Source: Zootoca vivipara (lineage: Eukaryota). From it: a DNA stretch of 64,000 nucleotides. Positions 36,586 through 48,193 of this stretch are shown in pieces (the stretch's first letter is position 1; every line of letters begins with the position of its first letter). The notes beneath the pieces were generated by a model. It saw only the letters and a program-made list of their open reading frames with translations, was not told the DNA's origin and did not search any database. The stretch spans positions 43,152,001 to 43,216,000 of the forward strand of contig NC_083288.1 of assembly GCF_963506605.1 (NCBI RefSeq). The letters are read 5' to 3'. The position numbers and the translations under genes were made by a program.

Positions 36586-37209
36586 ACGTCTTTTCATGTG
36601 ATTTGGATGCGCTTCTAAATGCAAGTCCTCACTTTCCATATGTTTTAGCTAATCATGTGTAATAACATAGGATGAGTGGGAAACTATTTTGGTCCTAGGA
36701 CACACAAAAATGTGAAAAAGTTGAGGGTGGGCAATTTTGCAGCACCTCTTGCAGCTGGCTTCCAGTCCATTGCTACCTTTACTTCCTGCACAAGCCTTTT
36801 GGTCTATATAGAGATACATTTGGTCTATATGCATATGTATGAAGGCTACATCATTACTGGCACCCTTTTTTGCAAAAAGATTGACGTCAGGGATAATTGG
36901 CATGAACCTGGACATGTGTTGACCAACATGGGTGCAAGAATGTCCTAATGAAACCCATGTCTTCTAATTCTAAAACTAGGCCTCAAGCTTAGAAATAAAC
37001 CCAGATTTGTTTCTTTTACACCCATAATAAAAAAAACTTTAAAAATAAAAATGGCACAGCTCTTATATCATTATGGATTAATTTAATGGTTGTGATCATA
37101 TGCAGAAGTAATCAGAAGTAAGTCCCATTGAGTTCAATTGTGCTTACTTTTGGGTAGGTGAAAATAGAATAGCAGCCTATGTGTGCTTAACTTTGGCTGG
37201 ATCATGCCC

Positions 37210-37460
37210 ATATTTACTTCACAGTTCTGCTACACCTGATCCCTTACTGAACACAATACTTTGGGGAGTATGGTTTCTCACTCTGCATAATTATCTAATG
37301 CCATAATTATTCACTCACTGCAGCCACAGTCCAAAGGGCATTGGAGGTTTTATTTTTTAAATGCTATTGTAATAGCCTCTGAACTTGACAGAAAAAGGCT
37401 GAGGTACACACAGTGCTGTGTCACCCTTTGGGCAGACCACTTCCCCCTTATATATTAAGA
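37210..37460 (+). promoter_or_regulatory. Conserved upstream block of genes E/F with TAATTA homeodomain sites
   Basis: Aligns with ~47877..48110 upstream of gene F; TAATTA at 37288 and 37304 (47953 TAATTA, 47969 CAATTA); ctttggggag O/E-like site conserved. Confidence 0.45.
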
Positions 37461-37542
37461 CAGAAGCCAACAGATCAGTTGAGCATCAGACTGTAAAGCC
37501 ATTGATTGCAGGATGTGGTAAATAGATAGTCACTGGAAGATA

Positions 37543-40500
37543 ATGATCAAGATAGGGACAGTGAATTCTTTATCAAGGGGCAGCAGTTTTGCCTTCTGGA
37601 TGACAGGGTACTTCCAGTCCTTGCGACTCATGGTGTTGTTGCTATTGCCTCAAACTGATTGCAAGTTGGATCCTGTTGCGTGCACCATGAATGACCCCCT
37701 CCAGGTGCGATATCAATATTTTCAGCCAGGGGACGTCATCATTGGTGGGATCACTTCCCAGCTCTTTTCCTTTTCTGAGGGCGCAGACTTCAGCACACAC
37801 CCCATACCAAAGTATGATGTTGAACCTGTGTAAGAAAATCATATATTCTTCCCTCAATTATGTACCTGGAGGTTATATACAATTGCTGTGCATTTAACTG
37901 GTAACACGGGGTAGATTATATAAATAAATGATAGAAGCAGTGGTTCATATAGAAAATATGCCACTTACGTTTGTCCATGAGAGAGAATAGTGTTCCTATT
38001 TTTGAAGGAAAACACACTTGCAGTTTCCTTGTTTCAGCAATTTCTATACAACAATTTGAGGAAGTGTTTTGGCTCAACGGTAGGGCACCTGCTTTTCATG
38101 CAGAAGTTCCCAGGTGTCATCCATGGAATCTCCAGGTAGAGCTGGTGGAAAATCCCATTCTAAAACCTGGACAGCTGCTACCAGTCAGTTTTGGCAATAC
38201 TGATCTCAATGGACCAGTGCTCTGACTTAGTATACAGCAGCAGTCTGTGTTCCTATGTACATATCAGTACCTCCAGGGTTTATAGTTTCCCCAAGTTTCA
38301 TCGTCAGTTTCCCACTCTGTGACCTTGAAAGCTATTTTCTCTCTCTTTATCTGAGCTGTCAGACAGTATCTGAGCACTCAGTAAGGGTGCTCATAGCAGA
38401 GGATGCGTTGCATGCAACCTTTCAATCCCTAACATCTCCAGGTAGGCCAGGGAAAGCTTCCTTCCTGACACACTGGCAGCTATGGATCTCTCCAGTGGGA
38501 AAGAAGTTGAAAATATATTCAGAAGTACAGGAAGAGGATTCCTTGATAATACTACAACAGAAGCAAGCTGTTGGCATTGTCTTAGATAAAGGCAGATAAG
38601 AGTGAAATACCTCAAAATATCATAACCATGTTTTCCTTTGAATTTCCTTATGATCCTCAGCAATAATACATATGGGTTGCTGCGGCACTTTATATAATAT
38701 ATTCCAAGAGACACTGAAGCAGACATTCCCAGAGAAGCAGAAAACTGTGAGGAAGTAGTTCATCATGTAGACCAGGGTCCCCAAACTAAGGCCTGGGGGC
38801 CGAATGCGGCCCAAGCGCCTTCTAAATCTGGCCCGCAGACGGTCTGGGAATCAGCATCATAGCTGCCAAGTTATCCCCTTTTTAAAGGGATTTTCCCTTA
38901 TGCTGAATAGGCTTCCTCGCAAGAAAAGGGAAAACTTGGCAGCTATGATCAGCATGTTTTTACATGAGTAGAATGTGTCCTTTTATTCAAAATACATCTC
39001 TGGATTACTTGTGGGGCCTGCCTGGTGTTTTGACATGAGTAGAATGTGTCATTTTATTTAAAATGCATCTCTGGGTTATTTATGGGGCATAGGAATTCGT
39101 TCATATTTTCCCCCCAAAATATAGTCCGGCCCCCCACAAGGTCTGAGGGACAGTGGACCGGCCCCCTGCTGAAAAAGTTTGCTGACCCCTGATTGTAGAC
39201 CATCACTTCTCACACATTACCTGTCTTTTACATTAGTGCAATGCTGAAAAAGTATCAACATGCCCTGTCCTTTGTATTTGCTGTGAAAGAGATCAATGAA
39301 AACCACAAGATCTTACCCAACATAACTTTGGGGTTCCATGTTTATGACAGCCACTTTGATGCACAGGTAACTTACCAGAACACTTTGAACCTTCTATTTA
39401 ATCAGAAGAGAACCGTTCTCAACTTCAACTGTGACATGAAGAAGAACCCCGTTGCTGTCATTGGGGGACTTGATTCAGAAACATCCCTCCACATAGCCAC
39501 TATCTTAGGGCTTTACAAGATACCACAGGTAAGAGACATCAACTTCACCCGTTTCCCATTGACCAGACTCAATGACTCTGTTGTGCTCATCATTCTCATG
39601 AGATAATTGTCCTATACTACCCATTGTTTACAAGAAGGAGAATTTGCACATAGGAAGGGCCACAGTTCAGTGACTGAGCAGCTGCTATGACGGCAGAAGT
39701 TTCCAGGTTCAATCCCTGGCAACTCCAAGTAGGGCTGGGAGTGCTGCCTCTCTGAAATTCTGGGCAGCCACTGCCAGCTACTACAGTCAATACTGAATAA
39801 ATGGACCAGTGATCTGAGACTCACTAGGAGGCTCACTAGGTTGCCAGTTTTCCTATGGACATGCCAACCTAAAAATTAATGTGGATAGTAGCATCCATTT
39901 CCCCACCAGATGTTGAAATATCTGATATAAATTATGCAGAGAACATCTGATAAGCAAAGACGGGGGAAGGAAGGGAAGTGGGTATGTATCTTGTGACTAG
40001 TGCAGATTTGACCATATATATATGGTCATGGTGTCAGATTTCTTTCTATCACTTGAACGCTTCAGTCATTTTACAGTAAATTCTACCAGATCCATTGTAG
40101 GAAACAGCATTCTGTAAGCCAGGGCAAGGCAGACTTCAAGCTTGAGAGTAATTCAACAGAATTTCCTTTTAAAGATGAATCTGTTAGCAATATGTTAAAT
40201 GAAACTTATTTTCACTTATCCAAATTGTGCAATGCAGTTTCTCAGTCAAATAGTGTGTAGAAAATTGCATATAACTCCTAGCAAAAATACATTAATATCT
40301 TAATGTGAATTTTTCCTAATATGAATATTTCTGTACACATTTTTTTGCCTAAAATCCACATTTTTTGGCAAGCAGATTTCCCTAGTATATCCCACTTTTG
40401 CATGTAGTTTTTCTCCAATTTGTTATGCACACTTTCTCCCAATATGTGCTCCCTTGTACACATTTTGATGGGAGAACTGCATTGTGTTTTGACCGACAGC

Positions 40501-41992
40501 TGCATTTCAGGAATAATTCCTGGAATAATAATTTAAGGAATAATTAACCAATACCTCAGAACACAGGATGGTATGGCATTGTGGTTAGTGTGTTGGGAGT
40601 GAAAACAAGGAGTCAGACATAGAATTCATGAGGTTATCTTCAACAATCACTGCCCCTCAGTCTGTTCCAATTCACTGGAGTCTTGTAGGGTTAAAATGTG
40701 GAGGAAGCCCACAAAAATTGGTGGTGGTTGTTGTTTTAATGAGAAAAACAGAATTAATATTGTAAGTAAGCAAAGGTTTGACTATATACATTTATTACAG
40801 GAAAACTTTTTTTTTTGCTTAGGTTACCTACTGTATATATAGTCCAGTTGTGAATGATGTAACCTATCACTTCTCCTTGTACCGCATGGTCCCCAATGAA
40901 GAACATCAGTACAGTGGAATGGTCAAGCTGCTGCTATATTTTCAATGGAAGTGGGTCGGGATCATGGCCATGGGTGATGACAAAGGAGAAAAGTTTGTCC
41001 AGACGACGAAACAAAGATTTTCTCAGAATGGTATCTGTACAGGCTTCACTGAAAGAATGCCGATCCAGAGCAACATTTTAGGTGTTATTAACTTTTATGA
41101 CATTTTTATGAATATGGCGACGTTGCTAAGCAAGACAAGTGTCAACGTAGCTATTGTAAGTGCTGACACTCATATGATTTTAGATTTGCAGGTGGTTCTC
41201 AATCTGGGTGTTTCTAATATGATGCCTATTAACAAGGTGTGGATAATGACAGCCCACTGGGATTTTTCCGTTCATCCGTTATTCAAAAAACTGGACATTC
41301 ATATTTTCCAGGGCACCTTGTCCTTTGCGGCACACTCCAATGAGGTGCAGGGTTTCCAACATTTCCTTCAGGTCCATAGTTCCAACTCTGATGGAGATGG
41401 CTTTATCAAAGTCTTCTGGGAGCAAGCGTTCAGCTGCTTGTTTCCAGATACTGGCAGGGGTGAGGAGAGTAGCGGAAGTTGCAGCGGTAGGGAAAAGTTA
41501 GAGACCCTTCCTGGACCTTTTTTTGAAATAAGTATGAGCAGCCAAAGTTACAGCATCTATAATACTGTCTATGCTGTGGCACACGCATTGCACGCCCTGT
41601 ATTCATCCAGAAAGACACATGGAGAAATGGTGGGTGGAAAGCAGCTGAAGACTTCTAAGCTACAACATTTTAAGGTAATTTCTTACACAGAAAAAGGTAG
41701 AATCATTTGGGTGGGGGTGGGGAGTTAACAGGGCCGTCTTAAGCATATCTGGCGCCCTGGCGCCGTGGTGCGAAGATCCCTCCGGCGCCCCCCCGCCCCG
41801 TTTCACAGCGGCCGCCACACGACTGCCGCGGGTAGCGCAGCGCAGCGCCCCCCTGGCGGGCCGGCGGCCTGCGCCACCTAGCCTTGTGGTAGGGCTGGCC
41901 CTGGGGGTTAACACATTCAGCCATGCTGCCCCTTTTTGTGTTTACTTCTTTGTTTATATACGGCCTAAAGTGGGATATACTTGGGCACACAT

Positions 41993-42034
<42 letters not shown>

Positions 42035-45000
42035 TTATTATTTACACCCCGCCCATCTGGCTGGGTTTCCCCAGCCACTCTGGGCGGCTTACAACAGAAA
42101 AATAAAATAATCGATTAAACATTAAAAGCCTCCCTAAACAGGGCTGCCTTCAGATGTCTTCTAAAAACCTGGTAGCTGTTTTTCTCTTTGACATCTGGTG
42201 GGAGGGTGTTCCACGGGGCGGGTGACACTACCGAGAAGGCCCTCTGCCTGGTTCCTTGCAACTTGGCTTCTCGCAACGAGGGAACCGCCAGAAGGCCCTC
42301 AGCGCTGGACCTCAGTGTCCGGGCAGAACGATGGGGGTGGAGAAGCTCCTTCAGGTATACTGGACCGAGGCCATTTAGGGCTTTAAAGGTCAGCCCCAAC
42401 ACTTTGAAACAGGTAAAATGGCACATGAATACATAAGAACAGCCCTGTAGGATCAGCTGACACTGGCGGAGGAACAGGGGTGCGGGGGGGGGATCCCAGT
42501 GGGGTGCCATTGTGGCTGCCCCCACGCTGGGTGCCATACCCCCACAGGTGGCGTGCCACACCCCCATGGCACGCATCACGCCCCCGGGACATGCGGCAAC
42601 CACACCCCCGGGACATGCGGCAACCACACCCCCGCCTGCTGTCTGCCCCTCCCCCGCCGGAGCTTGAAGCTCCGCCACTGGATGAAGTGTCTATCTAGTC
42701 TAGCATCCTGTTCTCAAAGTGACCGAAACAGATGCCCATAGAATGAAGAATCAGAATGATATTGATCTGATCCACCAGGGCCAATCTTTAGTATCTTTGC
42801 CATTCACAATAATGGTAAAGGTAAAGGACCCCTGGACCGTTAAGTCCAGTCAAAGGCGACTATGCAGTGCAGCACTCATCTCACTTCAGTTCCTGCCAAC
42901 CTTGCAGTTCAAAAGCATACCAGCGCAAGTAGATAAATAGGTACTACTGTGGAAGGAAGGTAAACAGTATTTCCATGAACTCTGGCACTTACCCCGGTGT
43001 CCCATCGCACCAGAAGCAGTTTAGTCATGCTGGCCACATAACCCGGAAAGTTGTCTGCGGACAAACGCCGGCTCCCTTGGCCTGAAGCAAGATGAGCACC
43101 GTACCCCATAGTCGCCTTTGTCTGGACTTAACTGTCCAGGGGTCCTTTACCTTTCTTACCTAGTATGAGGGAAATAACTAATAGCTTCAGAAGCCAGATA
43201 AGTTTTACAAAAGGGGTGGAAAGAGACAATACTAATTTAAACTTCTTTCATCCTAGCTATACCCTTTTCTGAGGAGTATCTCATTTAACAACACTGCTGG
43301 GGATAAGGTCTCCTTTGATGAGAGAGGTGAATTGATAGCTGGATTTGAAATTATCAATTGGGTTACTTTCCAAAATAAATCCTTCCTAAAAGTGAAAGTA
43401 GGGAGGATGGATCCTCAGTCACCGCTGGGCAGAGAGTTCTCCATTAATAAGGCCATCATTACATGGCACAGCCAATTCCAAAAGGTAGGACCAGAATCGT
43501 GCCTCTAAGAAGACATAAAGCTTAATGACTTGCCTTCCATGTCATTGTTGGCTCCAGTCTGTAGCATTGGATTTTACATTTAGGGTTGTGTGCTAGAAAT
43601 GGACCAAATCCTTCCCTACTTGTCTCAGAATGGACCTCATATTTCTGACTCTATTTAGGGCATCCACATTGTCTCCTGGCACTGCCAGCCCCCTTTTCAG
43701 CCCACATACTTCCTGAAACCAAACTTGCTATGGTGCAGGAGATAAACTTTCATTAGAGACTTATATGGGTAGCAAAAGGGCCCACTTTGAGGGTTTTTTA
43801 TTTACAGTTTTATGGGAAACAATATAGAACTTCCAATTTGAAAATACTCCATCCTGTTAAATGGAAAGATACCATCTGATTTTAACCTCTCTTTTTTGTT
43901 TGTTTTATTTTAGTGGCGAACACACAGGTTTTTTGTAGCATTCTACAAAACTCAGATGACTGAACGCAAAGAAAGCAAACTTAGAATAATAGCAATTGAT
44001 TAGTTTAAAGGCCGATCAAACAATGTTAGGGGTCAATAAGAGGAAACAAGGCCAGTTCAGAGTAAGGGCAAATATTCTTAAATGACTCAAAATGTGAGTT
44101 CCTTTTAAAAATATTGCACACACACGACTGCCAAAAGGAAAGGGCAACTTTTAACTGTGCTGTAACCCTACCCTCTTCAAATGAGCAACATGCAAAATCC
44201 TCTCAGTGATGTATGATGCTCTTTGTTGACACCAGCTATTTCTTGATCATAAGTTTTTTTAAAAAATAAATGTTATATCTTATTTTTCTGTGAATAGGCT
44301 GTGCCCCTTGCATTGTGCAATGCCCCTTGCCACCCAGGTTCCAGCAGAAAAAAGAAGGAGGGAGAACCATTTTGTTGCTATGATTGTGCTCTATGTCCAG
44401 AAGGGAAGATTTCAGACAAGAGAGGTTGTACACATTATTCTGTAAAGCATATTAAGAGCAATCATATATATTGACTGTATCATTGTTTTAGCATGATAGA
44501 TAGAACCCAAGAAATGTCTCAAGCTTCATGGTTAACTGAGTGAAAGAAATAAACACTATACTTCTACAAGAATTACAATTATGCTAAAGAGCTCATGATA
44601 TTACCTCCAATTCCAATTCTTTTAAGGAAAAACCTAAGGAAACCTAGAATTGTAAGTGACCCAACTTAAATTCTGGAGTGTGTAAGATGCTTTTGTGCTC
44701 GTGCAAACCTCAGTTGGACAGAAACACAGAAGAACTATATGGTGATGTGTAAGCATATGCATAATCTCTAATAAAGAAGTCTCCTTAGTGGACTTCAGTA
44801 TTGTTTATCTCTGAGACACTGAAATACATTTCTATTTTGTTTTATTAAAACAAGACATGGATGATTGTTTCCACTGTCCAGAAGACCAATATCCTAACAA
44901 AGAAAGAAACCAGTGTTTCCCCAAGGACCTAAACTTCTTGTCCTTTGATGAACCTTTGGGCATCAGTTTGGCTGTTTTGGCTCTGGCTCTGTCTTCAACG

Positions 45001-45756
45001 ACAGTGATGGTGTTTGGAATCTTTGTCAAGCACCGGAAGACTCCCATTGTCAAAGCCAACAACCGGAACCTCACCTACACTCTGCTCATCTCCCTCCTGC
45101 TCTGCTTCCTCTGCTCCTTGCTATTCATTGGCCAGCCTCAGATCCCAACCTGCTATTTACGACAAACTGCTTTTGGTATCATCTTCTCAGTGGCTGTTTC
45201 TTCTGTTTTGGCTAAAACCCTCACTGTGGTTCTGGCTTTCATGGCCACCAAACCAGGATCCAAGATGAGGAAGTGGTTGGGGAAAAGATTTTCAACCTCT
45301 GTTATTCTCTGTTGCTCATTTATCCAAGCAAGTATTTGCATGCTATGGCTGGGTACCGACCCTCCGTTCCCGGATCTTGACATGCACTCTCTGCCTGAGT
45401 ATATCATAGTCGAATGCAATGAGGGCTCACCCAATATGTTCTACTACATTCTTGGTTACATGGGATTTCTGGCTCTTGTAAGCTTCGTTGTGGCTTTCTT
45501 TGCTCGGAAGCTTCCGGATACTTTTAATGAAGCCAAATTTATCACTTTCAGCATGCTGGTGTTTTGCAGTGTGTGGCTTTCATTTGTTCCAACATATTTA
45601 AGCACCAAAGGGAAGTATATGGTGGCTGTGGAGATCTTCTCTATCTTGGCCTCCAGCGTTGGAATACTTGGTTGCATTTTCTCCCCTAAATGTTACATAA
45701 TTATCCTGAGGCCAGACCTGAACAGTAAAGAGCAGCTAAAAAAGAGAAATAAGTAA
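37543..45756 (+). CDS. Vomeronasal type-2 receptor (V2R), gene E; complete, ~895 aa (start codon uncertain)
   Basis: Exons 37543..37829, 39237..39528, 40823..41674, 43257..43484, 44298..44424, 44855..45756; in frame; [44 protein letters not shown]. Confidence 0.92.
38773..39191. mobile_element. hAT non-autonomous element with nested 90-bp MITE
   Basis: Same family as 9626..9880; nested MITE 38858..38947 with TSD atcagcat. Confidence 0.82.
38858..38947. mobile_element. 90-bp hAT MITE (nested)
   Basis: Near-identical to 19474..19563; perfect 8-bp TSD atcagcat. Confidence 0.9.
41729..41903. mobile_element. GC-rich hAT MITE (cagggcc..ggccctg)
   Basis: TSD ggagttaa / ggggttaa (7/8); ends shared with 53871..54460. 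Confidence 0.75.
41992..42408 (-). mobile_element. L2 LINE 3' end with (TTG)n tail
   Basis: [31 protein letters not shown]..; L2 terminus. Confidence 0.88.
42461..42680. mobile_element. TIR-bounded MITE inserted in a CR1 3' remnant
   Basis: Ends cactggcggag / ctccgccactg; internal 24-bp tandem cccccgggacatgcggcaaccaca x2. Confidence 0.55.
42814..43160. mobile_element. Rearranged Sauria-type SINE with inverted 3' ends
   Basis: Minus-strand tail piece 42814..42889 fused to plus-strand 5'-truncated SINE 42890..43160. Confidence 0.7.
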
Positions 45757-46259
45757 AAATATTACAAACGAGATCATAATATTCAGGAGTAAACACAACT
45801 GTTTCTAATATGCTTTACCCCCATATATGTATACAGACCAAACATCTCAAATGTGCCCCATGATATTCTGAAACACGATGTTTACTTTGAATCAGATGTG
45901 GCATATTTAGGGATGAATCTCATGTCCCAATGAACTCCATTAAGTAAAGTTGTTGTAGTTTGGTTGAATCATTTAATCAATGCTAAATGTTTAGTTTTCT
46001 ATTTTGTTTTCAATCCTAAATATGTTTTACTCTGTACACTTGTTTCAGGGCTGACATTTTTACAAACTTACAGTGGTTCTATTTTAGCTCTATGCTAGGT
46101 ACCTTTGAAAGCAGAGGTTAGATGGCCACAAATAGCATGTGAAAGAAGAAAGGGGAAACATAGCAAACACACACTGAGAAGTACAGTGAATAGATTAAAA
46201 GAGAAAGTAGTGTTACATTGTCACTCTAAAAGTTCAAAATAAAGCCCAATAAATTTGTT

Positions 46260-46900
46260 TTCTTGATTATTATTTTTTGCATTCTCTCTTATGTAAGTTT
46301 TATCATTGAGATTAACTAATTGCTATAGTAAGAGGGTCTTTAGTTTTCCATTTTTGTGTATTGCACTGTTTTGTTTTCCTTAGCAGTGTTTTAATCAGCT
46401 GCAAATCAGTATTAATGACTTCAGAATAAAGGAGAGTCATTGTAGGATTTCTTGGAAGATTGTAGCCTGTGCTTCTTGTGTCTTCTGTCCAGAACGGTGT
46501 TTCTTTTTCACAACTCCAAAAGATATGTATTAAATCTGTGCTAATTCTGTAGCTATTCATGTTTTGGCCATAAACTTTACTAATTCTGTGTGGAATTTAG
46601 TATCATTGGAAAACTGCCTTAAGATAATTCTCATTCAGGTTTACATTAATGTATGTTTCTGGAATATTTTAAATGCCCATGTCCAATCTGCTTTGAGGAT
46701 TGTTAAACCAATATTTGCTAAGTCCCATTCCTATTTCTTTTTATATGAAGGACAGAGAGTTTGTTTGGTATATATTTAGAATATTAAATATATCTTTGTT
46801 ATTATTATGGTTTTATTATTTTGCTCAAGAAGAATTTCAAATGAGGTTATTTGACATGGCAACCCCCAAAAATTCTCATTCTTACATTTAAAGCCCATAA
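46260..46900 (-). mobile_element. Degraded L1/Tx1-like ORF2 fragment
   Basis: Minus-strand DLIHIFWSC...FW.E and QKWK..DPLT motifs resemble an L1/Tx1 C-terminal region; boundaries approximate. Confidence 0.5.
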
Positions 46901-47547
46901 AATCTTGGACCAAGCTATTGAAATATTGCCTTGTCATATGCATCTCTAACTGATCATGAAGTTCCTTGAAAGAGGCCCTGCTCCAATTTCCATCACCAAA
47001 TAAATAAGTACAATGGGTGGCTGGCTACTAGATATTTTGGTGGTGGCTTCTCAGTTCTAGAACAACCTCTCCAGAGGGCCTTGTCAGATGCTATCCTCAT
47101 GGCTTTTGCAACACTTGGCTGCACTCCACTCCACTCACAATCCAAGGACCCACAGCAAGCCTTCCAAACTTTGTCAACCTTGTCAGTTGTTCACTCTGTG
47201 AAACTCATCTCAAACTCATATCACTGAGTAGCAACATAGAGTTTCCAGCCTTTCCTGATCAGATCTGAACTCCAAGCCTTCTGTGACCATGCTGGCTAAT
47301 ATGATCACCACCTATGTCTCTCAGATTCGGACCATATCTGACTTGGAGCCTACTGCAGTCTATCAGAAAACTAGGATCCAGGCCTAATGGATACATAGGA
47401 TTCATCCACACCTTCATTTGCCCTACCATGAAAACCCATGGTTTAGAGCTGAATTGGAAGAAACAGCACTTGTTCCGATTTAGGTCTAAAGAGTGGGTTT
47501 TCAAGATGAGGTGGCTTACCTAATTTAGAGAGCAAGGGTTTCTCTGT

Positions 47548-47548
<1 letters not shown>

Positions 47549-47584
<36 letters not shown>
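47549..47584. repeat. (GT)n microsatellite
   Basis: Direct reading. Confidence 0.9.
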
Positions 47585-47585
<1 letters not shown>

Positions 47586-48193
47586 TATTTTACACCTTAG
47601 GGGGAAAAAATCCTTGTCAAATGCTACCATCATTACGTACACCCAAACTGAGGCTGAAATTTGTATACTGCAATCAGTACCTGGCAAGGTTTTTTGTTTT
47701 AAAAAAGATGTTTCAAATAAATAAATAAATAAATCTGAGCCACAAAAGCAGGGCAAACCCTATAGATTTCTTCTACACCTCTTGCCCAGGCATCAAAAAC
47801 CTATGCTAACTGCAATAACAGTGGAGGTTAAAATTGTTCTAACATTATAAAACTAATTAAGAGCTGGAATGGTCTATATTTATTTTGCAGTCCTGCAACA
47901 GCTGATGCCTTTCTGAATGCAATACTTTGGGGAGATGCTTGTTCATCCTGTATAATTATCTAAGATCTCAATTATTCACTGTCATTACCGCCACAAGCCA
48001 TATTATTCTTTTAGATATTTATATAAAATATCCCTTGAACTAGTCAGAAAGGGGGAAGAGTTCATACAGTACTGTGTCGCCCTTTGTGGGGACCTTTCCT
48101 CCCCCTTTAAGTTTAGAGGGCAGGTAGCAGATCAGTTTATTAACAGGCTCTAGATTCAGTGAGACTATGCTTTTGTAACCAGGTTGGTGACAG

